Shown here one piece after another: positions 12,716 through 23,335 of a stretch of 64,000 bases of DNA. Each line of letters begins with the position of its first letter. The first letter of the stretch is position 1. The notes under the pieces are model-generated. The model saw only the letters and a list, made by a program, of their open reading frames with translations, did no database searches and was not told the origin of the DNA. The translations under genes were made by a program, and so were the position numbers. This DNA is from Ramazzottius varieornatus (taxonomy: Eukaryota > Animalia > Tardigrada): positions 569,401 to 633,400 of the forward strand of contig BDGG01000007.1 of assembly GCA_001949185.1 (NCBI GenBank). The letters run 5' to 3'.

Positions 12716-13678
12716 TCGGTAGACAGCAGGCCAAGAAAATAGCGGACCGATTGGGAAATCTCCAATGACATGGAAGGTATACGGAGTGGTCGATGGGTCA
12801 GAGTCGTCGACATATGTCGTTTCCGATGCTGAAGTAAATTATGAGAGTTAACGTTGCGACAGTACCCGTACTTGTTACCTTTCTTCGAAAGAAAGTACTC
12901 TACGTGACCGGGGTAACGTCCAGAACGGAAGCGCGGCCTACTGCATTTTTTTGAGTGAGCTGACCTGATTGAAAATGGACTTTCTGCAGATATTCGGTAA
13001 CAGGTCTGTTATGAAACAGCTATTGATTACGTTATGTAGCCTTGATTGTAGTTCGCAGGTGGCTGCTCGTCAATCAAGGCTATAACGTATATATAATGGC
13101 TGTTTCATAATCAGGCCGGAATTTCGCCCTTTTTCTACGTAGTTTCCGACTTTTTATAGCCTTTGTCTAATTAGGTGAACTGATGTGAGAGTGGGCATTA
13201 CTATTTGTAAGCAACCAGAAACCTTCGCCTCGGTTACTTCGTGGTATCTAACGGAACTCACGGCGACGGCACGAACATACTAGAGAACAACAGTGGTGCG
13301 TACTCCACAAAGAAAACAAAAACGTAAGACGTCTGCTTTGAGGTTTTTCTTATTGTATGGTGCCCTAATTACGCGATCATTACAAGAGCGATGTAAATGT
13401 TGTAGTATGTTTTTGTTCTGTAAACAATGCGACTGAAGCACATGCAGCTGTCAGATTTCATAAAGCTGCAGTCCTTCAACATCGTAATTTTGATTGTGAC
13501 TGATGACATCTCAACATTTTTGGTATACTGTGTAAATGCTTTGCCATTTGAATTTTGATAACCGACGACGGGTCTTCTGACCTTATCGAGGTTACACGAC
13601 AGACTGCTACAAATAACCGCTAATTCTGAATAGCATTTGTCGTGCGTAGGTCCAGGTGGTGTTGCAGTCAGAAAGCAC

Positions 13679-15391
13679 TTATCGGCAGACGTTATTTATG
13701 CTACTCTGCTGCGAGCGAACTTCCGTGATACCGTAAGTGCCACTCCGGTCTCTCCATGGTAGCGCGTTCATGCTCCTGAGCTTTGCGGAAGATCTTTCTG
13801 GCCACACCATGGTCACCGTTGACGCTGACTTCATCCCGTTCTTTTGCCAGACATGTATGGGGAAACTGCGACCTTGACCGACGTCAGCCTTCTCCACCCC
13901 AACCGGCTCCTCCCAATGAAAGTTCCTCGACCAGTCAATCACACTTTTGAACACCACATCAAAGACCGGTACAATGCCATTGATTGATCCACTGTCTAAT
14001 TTATCTCTGGGCAAAATCTTAATCTCGCGAAAACTAGAGAAGGTTCTTCGCGGTTGGTCGGGTACCAGCAGTTCTTTTACAAATGTTATTCGTTCGTTTT
14101 CCACCGCTTCAATTTCAGCTGAATCCGCCCAAAATACCACCGCTTCAGACAACTTCACCCCCGTTCTTCTTCGATATCGATGTAGACAGCCTAACGCCGG
14201 GTTACCTGATTGGGGTAGTTTATCGGTGGTCAATTTCCTGCCTTGCAGGACTGTCGACCCACGTTCGGTTCCTTGCGAGTGAAACCACACTTTCGATCGA
14301 TCAACTGTTTTCACTTCCACATTACCGGATATCACAGTTGACCAGTGGATATTGGGCCATTTTTCTTTCAATGAGCTGGCTAGTTTGGTGGCTAGCATCT
14401 GACCAGCGTTGATCTTCACGTCCGAGTTATCACGGAGGAAGCCGTAGACGTGTGCGCCGAGTAGACAACACTGTGAATCGTTTGATGCTCCACATTTCGC
14501 GTGCTTGCGATCACCGCAGGCCTCAAAGAGAAAGTGGCATTTGAATCGCGCTGAAGCCTTGGCAAATTCCTCCATGATGTCACTCCGCTTCTTGTCGAGG
14601 TGTTGTAGCTCGAGCGCGACGGTGTGACTGAGCTCGTCTTCCGCCTTTGGGTACAGGTCATCAAGGGTGATGGATCGACGCTGATCAACTGCCGTCGCTT
14701 CGCCGACGTGTTTGGCTAGCCGGCTCCATACTGAATGGTCCTCCACTTCAAGTAACGCAGTACTCTTTCGATCCTTGCATCTTTCTCGTCCATCTTCGAG
14801 CTTCAGCCGCAAATCAAACGCTCGTAAGAAACACGCCATTAATAAAATACATTCGATCCTCTTTCTCCACAGTTCGAATTTCTCAACGTTTCTTGGAGCT
14901 TGGCAAGCCACAGCAATACGATCCAATAGCGTATCCCCAAATTGTCCTTGCTTGATTTGCTGATGAAGGAATGCAATGACTCCGTGTGGCTCGTGCTTCT
15001 TACAGGCGCGCTGGAACTCACGTTTCCGGAAGTCAACCGATGGAGATTCGATGTAGTAACAAAAAGCTTCGTACGCCATTTGAATTTTATGGAGCAAAGG
15101 GTTGAGTTCAAGAAACAAGGCTTGTTCGACCGTCGAAGACTGGATACTTTTCGTGGCATCTTGAATGGTAGCCTCCATAAAGTGTTTCAAGTCGATCAGT
15201 TCCTTGTTGAGGCTGTCACCGAACACAGCTTGAATGTTAGCCTCCAGTTGTTTCCGGTCGTCCCAGAACGGTCCGTTTTCCTGTAGAGTACGAGAGGCGG
15301 CTGTGGAGGACTTTTCGACGGCGGAGATACCCAGTCGGACCACTAGGTCGACGAGGCCGGTCCAGGCTACGTCGATCAAAAACACCGCCAT
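13679..15391 (-). CDS. Intronless ~570-aa protein, rapunzel-like helical family (tentative)
   Basis: Long uninterrupted ORF from ATG 15391. The helical N-half (ELIDLKHFM...KIQMAYEAF...FRKREF...FGDTLLDRI...ILLMACFLRAF) and LKEKWPNIHWSTV resemble the rapunzel pattern as I recall it. Confidence 0.6.
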   Translation of the reverse strand: MAVFLIDVAWTGLVDLVVRLGISAVEKSSTAASRTLQENGPFWDDRKQLEANIQAVFGDSLNKELIDLKHFMEATIQDATKSIQSSTVEQALFLELNPLLHKIQMAYEAFCYYIESPSVDFRKREFQRACKKHEPHGVIAFLHQQIKQGQFGDTLLDRIAVACQAPRNVEKFELWRKRIECILLMACFLRAFDLRLKLEDGRERCKDRKSTALLEVEDHSVWSRLAKHVGEATAVDQRRSITLDDLYPKAEDELSHTVALELQHLDKKRSDIMEEFAKASARFKCHFLFEACGDRKHAKCGASNDSQCCLLGAHVYGFLRDNSDVKINAGQMLATKLASSLKEKWPNIHWSTVISGNVEVKTVDRSKVWFHSQGTERGSTVLQGRKLTTDKLPQSGNPALGCLHRYRRRTGVKLSEAVVFWADSAEIEAVENERITFVKELLVPDQPRRTFSSFREIKILPRDKLDSGSINGIVPVFDVVFKSVIDWSRNFHWEEPVGVEKADVGQGRSFPIHVWQKNGMKSASTVTMVWPERSSAKLRSMNALPWRDRSGTYGITEVRSQQSSINNVCR

Positions 15392-15686
15392 CTGTTTCTC
15401 TAGTCCATACTTGCAAGACACTTTGCAATTTCATACCTTCATACATACATGTAAACGAGCAATATATCTTTCTTTTTCTTGCCATACTTGAGACCTCACA
15501 AACCGAAACTATTTATCGCTGCGACGAGAGTTTGTTCAAGATAGCGATTGTAAAGTCAATATGACCAAATTTGCTTTGTTGGCATGATGTAATGATCACG
15601 TGCCGTGAGAACGATAGCGTACCTTGGGTAAGTCGGCTACAAAGTCGCCCTCTCTATGACTGACGTACCATGACTGACGCACAAGG

Positions 15687-16509
15687 AGCTGTATTCTGTC
15701 CGGAGTTCAGTACTTGAGCCCGGACGAAGTCCTGATCCACGGTGACTTCGAATCGACCGGTAAATCAGACGGTCCAAACCAGACCGAGTTTCAAAGTAAA
15801 CTGGAGCGCAAACTTTGGTTTGATAGGTCCGTACCGGAAGCACTTGACGGCGCGCAATTTGCCGCGACATGGTTCCCGAAACGTAACATACGATTTTGGG
15901 ATGCGTCAAGGAAAACTAAAAACTATCACGTTTTTCGAGCACTCCGCCGATATGGCCAAACTGGAGTTGCTTTTGGAATACGGAGGCGTGGCTGTCGACT
16001 TCGATGTGTTTTTCATCCAGGGCGAACGGATAAAAGACATTCTGAAGAGAAAGAAAGCCATCACGTGTTACGGGGACGAAGATGGCAACAACATCAGGTT
16101 CGTCGCTGCGCGTAAAGATTCGAAATTCATCTGGGCGTGGCGAAAAAGTTATGAAGACATCTGCGTGGCTAATGATCGGAACTTCAACAAAGCCTTCGTG
16201 AGCAAATACCTCAGCGTATTGTACCCGGAGGATGTCTATGTGACAGACCACATCTTCAACAACCCACATCCGGACCGACAGCTGAGCCAGTTCTTCAGAG
16301 ATTGCGGAAAGATACCTTGGAGAAATTCCATCGCGATTCATTCGTACGAACGCTTCGGTGGTGTTCCCATCAGCTCGTTCGAAGACTTGCAGAACGCCAA
16401 TGTGACCACGCACACAATCTGGCTTCGGACTATCCATTTCAACGCAAAAATTCCTGCCCGATCAAAAGATTTGAAGGACGAAGTTATCCCTCCGTCTCCA
16501 CCTTCATGA
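15687..16509 (+). pseudogene. DXD glycosyltransferase (GT32/Gly_transf_sug-like) copy 1, 5'-truncated, probable pseudogene
   Basis: Exon remnant LSGVQYLSPDEVLIHGDF ending 15759, intron 15760-15826, exon 15827-16509. No TM-encoding start found. Residues shared by copies 2 and 3 are changed to Arg (YW>YR, IGF>IRF, DWNF>DRNF). Confidence 0.7.
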
Positions 16510-16843
16510 AGCTACTCAATTTGCAATGTCTTTCGAATCAGTATCTAGCGCTGACAGCGTGTCTCCCGGTCGGTTCCGCGTATTTGTTGCTAGACGTTCC
16601 GTTGGACCGATCCCTGACAAAGAAAGGGATTTTTATACTGCATAATTGGCGGAGCGTTCTGCCTGAAGAACCTGTTCTTGGCGGTACGCATAATACTACT
16701 CTAACATGGTACTACGCTAAACCCTCTTTGCGCATAGTACCGACGCCCCCTGGCTTGACTGACTGAGTGCATTCCACAACAGGGGCTTTAGATAACACCT
16801 GCACCAACGCTAGCCATTACTCTTAACCCCCTACGTGGAATCC

Positions 16844-17895
16844 AAGAAGCCAATATCTAAGTGAAGATGACTGTCGTGCCCTACAAGAAGACCTGGACAA
16901 CCTTGCGGTGTGGTGTCGAAATGCTGGGCTAGACATTAATTCCAGAAAGTCCCAGCACCTCCGGATCTCGAACAAGAAAAAGAAAACGGAGATTTCAGGT
17001 GGGTCGTACAAGTTTGCGAGTGATCCACTACCTACCGAGAATGAGGGGGAGTGTCTCGGCGTGACATACTCTAGCCGACTTGACTGAACCGCCCAGGTCG
17101 ATAAGGTGACAGCAAAATGCAGGAAGAGGTTGTATGCTATCAACGCATACTTCCCTCGGTGCTTCGGCTCGGTCAAGCAACTCCTATTCAAGAGTATCAT
17201 GCGGTCAGTCATGGATTATGCCTCGTCGGCATGGTCTGTTTCGGCGAAAGGTCTCTAACGGCAGCTGGAAAATATTCAGAAGAAGTTTCTCCGCAGCATC
17301 AGACTCAGCAAGATGGAAACAACAGACAGTCACGACACCGACTTTATCCAGTATCGGCAGCATCTGGCGGAAGTTCAGTGGCTTCCTCTCTGGCAAAGAC
17401 GACTCGAAGGTATATTAATTAATGCTTATGAAAACAGAGCAGGTGTCTTTGCAGGGGGAAGCCGCATCATGAAGAAGGAGCTGCCAGGGAGATCAAGAAC
17501 GCAGTCCAAGGAGTTTGTCCTCGCGCCAGTCAGCATCACCCCCAGCCTCTTGCACCCTTCTCGACACCACGCTGTCGTCCTTCGCCTACATCGCGATGAA
17601 CTTGTTGAAAGACCCTTTGTTTAGTCCTTCGGCCACAGATCTGCTTACTATTAGCTCATTTAAAAAATATCTAAAGTCTCTTAACTTTTCAGCTCTGAAA
17701 TGGTCTAGGGACCATCTTGACCACCGCTTGTTGATTGTGTAAATTTGGACATTTTGTATTTTTGTTTTTCTAGGTGCTTTTCGCCTATTATGATCTTTTT
17801 CTACGGCGCTCTAGCCACTCTATTTCAAACATTGTTCTTCATTCGCTCGACTTTGTGAGCCCATTGAACAATAAAGCGGTTATTAGTATTATAAG
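16844..17895 (+). mobile_element. 5'-truncated, decayed non-LTR retrotransposon (CR1/L2-like) ORF2 C-terminus and 3' UTR
   Basis: Translation SEDDCRALQEDLDNLAVWC...LDINSRKS...CLGVTYSSRL*...LLFKSIMRSVMDYASSAWS...LENIQKKFLR with internal stops. Ends in aataaa plus a tat-rich tail. Confidence 0.85.
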
Positions 17896-18287
17896 TAAAA
17901 ACTGTGGACGGTAACGTACATAATTCTGCAACAGTGTGATTAACGTTCGGATGCCACTTCATATGGGGGAAAACCACCGACAAAGACGTCACAAGTTTCA
18001 CAGTGCAACCGACCATAAAGGCCAGCTCTCCATTAATTTCCGGTTCGCAGACTCCCCGACTGGTTGACGTCATTTGTGCTTGTTACAACGGCGTCGACCC
18101 ACTAGTGACGATTTGTAAAGTTTTGCCCGTATTATCCTTCATATAAAATGGCGTCAGTGCGCTGATCGCAACCGCTGCTGCATATGTTTCCCACTACATG
18201 CTGCTCCATTGAAAACATGGCACTTTCTTACAGGTAGATCGGGATGGCTTGATTTTCCACCCAGGGGACAGTAAAGCATATTTTGAA

Positions 18288-19379
18288 ATGAGATTGCGTA
18301 TCCCTTCAACCAGGCAGGAAAGTACACACAGGACGGTGGTTCCCCGGAATTTTTTATTGTGGAGCTGTAACCTAGTTCTCGCGTTGGTCCTGATACTATG
18401 TCTGTTTTACTTCTTGACCATCGTGATCCCCTCTGTCGACTGGACGAACCTTGGTGTTATGCCGGCACCTCCGATTTACCTCCATTATGTTCGGTTCAAC
18501 GGAAGCCGAACAACTAATTACCTAAGTTTTACCGAGTACTTGAGCGTCAGATCAGCAGTGCAATATCTGGCCCCTGATGCCATCTTCCTCCACGGTGACT
18601 TCGTCCCTACAGGTACTGAATTAGTTGATCACTCACTGGTCTAGATCTTTGGCAGCTCTGAAGACTGAATATCGGTTTTCAATGTTCAAAACGTTGTTTC
18701 GGAATTGTGTCTAGGCGTTTACTGGGAGAACCTGACAAGCGAAGGCCTGATCAGTCACGTTCACATGGAAAAACCCTTCGACTTCGGTAAGCGAGAGGGA
18801 AAGCTAAAGAGACCGAAATTTGTCGAACACCAGGCAGACCTGGCCAAGCTGGAGATCCTCTTGGAGTACGGTGGCATTGCCGCGGACTTTGACGTATATT
18901 TCCTACGGGGAGAAAAGATCAAGAAGATCTTACGCAAGAACAAAGCCATCACCTGTTATGGAGACGAAGACGGAAACAACATAGGTTTCGTGGCTGGATG
19001 GCCAGACTCGGTATTCCTCAAAGCTTGGAGGCGAAGCTACGAGGATCTGTATGTCAAAGAAGACTGGAACTTCAATCAAGCGTTCGTCAGCAAATACCTG
19101 ACAGTGCTCTTTGCAAAAGACGTTTATGTTGCCGACAACGTTTGTGTTATTCGGGACACGGAGAGTGTGGTGGAAGAAAACAGTCCCCAGCTGAGATATT
19201 TTATGAGCGCGATGGCGGTGCACACCTATAACCGTCATGGAAAGCCTCAAATTAGATCTGTGGCGGATCTGGGAGGCAACACGACACACAGAAAACACCT
19301 GTTGCGAACTATCTACCGCAATCTGGAGATTCCCGAGTCTGAGCCGGGCTTTCAGGATGAAGTTACAATACGACCGTGA
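18288..19379 (+). CDS. Type II membrane DXD glycosyltransferase (GT32/alpha-1,4-glycosyltransferase-like) copy 2
   Basis: Exons 18288-18612 and 18715-19379. N-terminal TM LVLALVLILCLFYFLTIVI, HYVRF, EHQADLAKLEILLEYGGIAADFDV. Confidence 0.85.
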
Positions 19380-19791
19380 TTTCTGTCCACTTTCCTGTAA
19401 ATCCATGAGGCACTTTGAGCTCGCCAATCGGTCTGTACAGTTTCATTTTTCAGTGTCTTTATTTTGAGCCACTCACCATGAAGTTATTCTTTGAGCTCAT
19501 GCGTCTGAACACTGTGTGTGGGCAAATTGAAGGGAGAATCGACGCCGGCCTTTCTGAGCAACGCATGATAGAGTGCAAAACCGGTTGCCATTGATCAGTA
19601 GTCCTCCTTCGGATCTGTTAGTGACTGCGTGATCTTTTCTTCACAGGCAGAAACCCATGTCGAACCGTGAAGACGAATGCTTTAGTCGAGGTGTTTTGGC
19701 TTTCTAACGAGGTGCTCAACGCAGCCAAATATCGGGTTCTCCTGTGCCATTCGGTTTCTACGGTTCAGGTTGGTTTCAGGTTTCCAATACC

Positions 19792-20981
19792 ATGTTGTTG
19801 AAGAAGCGATCGAGGAACACACTTTTCCCATACTTGCTACGACTGCCCAATTCTGCAGTATTTTGCTCAATATATATTTCGTCCTTGCTTTCATTATTTT
19901 TCTTTTTGTCATACCACTTGATCTCACAATTTAGTATCTTGACGAAGTCCACTACCCAGCGAGAGCCTTCTCCATTTTACTTACATTACGTTCGGTTCTC
20001 GTCGAAACCACAAAGAAACTTTACATTCACTGACTACTTGAGCGTTCTTTCGGGCGTACAATACTTGAGACCGGATGGAATTTTACTGCACGGTGACGTT
20101 ATTCCTAACGGTAGGTAACATCACCAGTGTTTTGCACGGAATGCAGGCGTTTTTCTATGGCTCTTAAATGTTTCATGAACTTCGCGATGTACATCACAGT
20201 AGGAGTATGCCATATGCGTCATCACACCCGTAAATTCTACGCGCACTGTGACGTCACTTCGCGAAGTTCATGAAGCATTACAGTATGCCGCGCAACTCCT
20301 TTCCTGTTAGGTCCATATTGGGACAACCTGACCGCCAGAAATCTGATACGCCATGTTCCTATGAATCGTCCAACAGATTTCGGCAAGAGAGAAGGGAAAC
20401 CCAAGAAACCATTCTCCATAGAACACTTCGCCGACGTCGCCAAGCTTGATGTATTACTAAAGTATGGTGGCGTTGCGATCGATTTTGACGTGTTCTTCCT
20501 TCAAGGCGAGCGGATAAAAGACATCCTGAAGAGAAAGAAAGCCATCACGTGTTATGGAGACGAAGATGGCAACAACATTGGGTTCGTGGCTGGTCACAAA
20601 GATTCCAAGTTTTTGTGGGCGTGGCGCAGGAGCTACATCGACATCTACATGGCGAGCGACTGGAACTTTAACCAGGCCTTCGTCAGCAAGTACCTCAGCG
20701 TACTCTACCCCAAAGACGTGTACGTGGCGGATTTCATCTGTCCGCTATTTAACGCAGAACTTACCGACCCTCAAAACGAGGAAGTAATGTATTTCTTCCG
20801 CAACGCGATGGCGCTCCATACATACGAAAGGTCTTTGGAAAAGAGTATTGAGTCTGTTGAAGACTTGAAAACGATGAATAATACGCTACGGAGTTGGCTT
20901 TTTCGGAACATTTACCATAATATACAGGTGCCACCAGTCGATCCAAATTTCAATGATGAAGTGATACCGGATAGACTATGA
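19792..20981 (+). CDS. Type II membrane DXD glycosyltransferase copy 3
   Basis: Exons 19792-20110 and 20311-20981, same phase-1 intron as copy 2. TM IYISSLLSLFFFLSY, EHFADVAKLDVLLKYGGVAIDFDV. Confidence 0.85.
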
Positions 20982-22098
20982 GACGGAAAATGGTGACGCC
21001 GGTTGGACACAGTGTACTGTGAGTATTGATTGCTTGTGCATTGCTGCGGATGACATTGTAAGAATGTCAGTGTGTGTATTTAATCTGCTAAACGCTATGT
21101 AAGTCTGCAATGTCTCTGACATTTAAATGAAGGGTGCAATTGAAGTGTGAAGCAACGGCCTTTTAATTTGCCTACACAGTTCACTTCGACGTTGGCCTGA
21201 CATTGAGAAGGAACGGGTCCTTGTTGGGGTTTCTGGAATTTACACTGCTTGAATGACAAGTGTTGGCAGCTCGAGATCTCTGGGTAATTACACGGCTCCC
21301 AGAATAAACAGTACAAATGCTTCGAGCGCCACTGGGCGATTAGAACTGTCAATATACGCCCACTAGCCCGTAATTTCGAGGTCAGACGCAACTTGATCTG
21401 TTAATACTGAGTGTTCAATTACATTTGGTCCCACAACCGAGTCCATCGAACTTGCTCTTCTTCATCAATCCTGCGCACATAATGTTAAATAAGATGTTCG
21501 TCAAGCGATACAGCCCACAATACCTCTCCCCCATCCACGTTTCGCAGGGTACAGGTGCATTGAGGTGGCGCACTTCTCAATCTTGATGTCGACGTATTGC
21601 TCGGTTTATTGTCCTATACTGTGGTTTATTCAAAACCGTTTTGTAGAATACTTCATCTTAGTTTAACGGACAGGCAGGAAACCCGATCGAGTACAAAAAT
21701 TCGTCAAGTCGTTAATGAAGTACTATTATCCTCCCGCCATTCTCCGTCAGCACACTACACGTCATGGGTCCCATGCTTGCCACCATCAGACAGTACTCAA
21801 GTTCAGTCTAACTTAAAACGACGGTTTCTTGAACTTGACGACTCCGCAGGGAGCCGTCAATGTGCAGAAAGCTTTCATCAAGGCCGGCCGGGCGCAAGCT
21901 GGTGTCATCTGTCTCTTCCACACGACCGTACGGCCAAAAAACACTATCACCGCAGGCACAAAGGCTGAGCTCGAGACCTTCACGACCCCGTGAATCGGCG
22001 TTAAGCCAGCGCTTCGTTCACTGACCGACATCTCGGTTCTCAAATGCTGATTAAGTGGTAATTCATATGCGCAATTCCAGATAAGATGGACGTATAAA

Positions 22099-22305
22099 AC
22101 CCCAACACTCTATGACGTCCTCCAATCGCTTTGTCCTTTTTTACTGTGAATTGTTTTCGACAGCGGTTCTTGCTGGATATGATCCAGTATACACTACGTA
22201 CAATCTTGACCCAGTTATCAATGACTGAAAACTTTGTATGATGTATTCTTCAATTACGCATCTGTTCCACAAATAACCCATAAACACGTAGTAAAGTGTT
22301 GGGGT
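22099..22305. mobile_element. Short inverted-repeat element (MITE-like)
   Basis: accccaacactctatgacg versus cgtagtaaagtgttggggt. Confidence 0.4.
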
Positions 22306-23335
22306 ATCTACAGAAACATCTCTCATCTAGCTCGTTTCATCTGAAACGATGAAGTCGAAACTATAGTGGCGCAATCAGCCGTTACTGATCTTTTCACCCC
22401 CGTCCAACGTTATCGTTTCTCACCAGATTATGTCCACTATTCGCCCATACGCTGATATATCCCATTAAGTCGGCGCATACAATGTACTATACTCTAACCG
22501 CCGTAACCGGTATATCGACCTACTGGCACACATCCCTTGGCAAACTCATGTGACTGCCAGAGTTTCTTCCTGTGAGAACCGATACGCCTGATTGTTTTTT
22601 CCTCCGGACTTTTTCCCTCATCCTGCAGGGTAAACGGTTCTCTTGTTACGTTTGCGACGCGCGCACTCGGATTTCCTGCATGTTTATCGCCATGATTTAT
22701 TTGCGGCATAACGCGGTAGGCTGTATTGTATCCTGGCTGGCAGTCAGTGTCGTTCATGCAAATATCCGCAATTGATCTCTCCACTTCCCTCCTCGGTTTC
22801 TTTTCATTAGATATCTGGGTGAAACATCCGCGAGGTTCGCCTGTGTGTGCGCTCGCATTGACATACATTCCGGGAACCCGCCGGAGGTTCTGTTAGTTTG
22901 GACATGATTGCGGGTATTTATTTGTCGGAATGCGTTCGAGCCACGATCTGTTAGTGGAAGTCGCTAATGCTTATTTTGAAGGGGATGATTCGATCGATGC
23001 TGTTATTACTGGAAAACTCGTGACTAATTAGGTCTACTGAGACAGGGATGCTTGACCTTCCAGCTACCTTCTTGACTAAACTTTACGGCAATATGTGGCT
23101 GACACCTTTGCACCTTCGAGTACCGTTGTGAAAGCGGGCAAACATCTCCATCCACCTACCCATTGTTTCTTGTCTTTTTGGGTTCAGTTTTGTCTGAATC
23201 ACCGACGCTTGAACGCAGTGGCTTGATGTCCTGGCGGAAAAGCGCATTCCTGTATGGGTAACGATTGGTAGCCATCCCAATGCCTGCATTGGCTTTTGCT
23301 AAGGTACAAGCGATCCTCCATGCAGCCGAAGTCCC

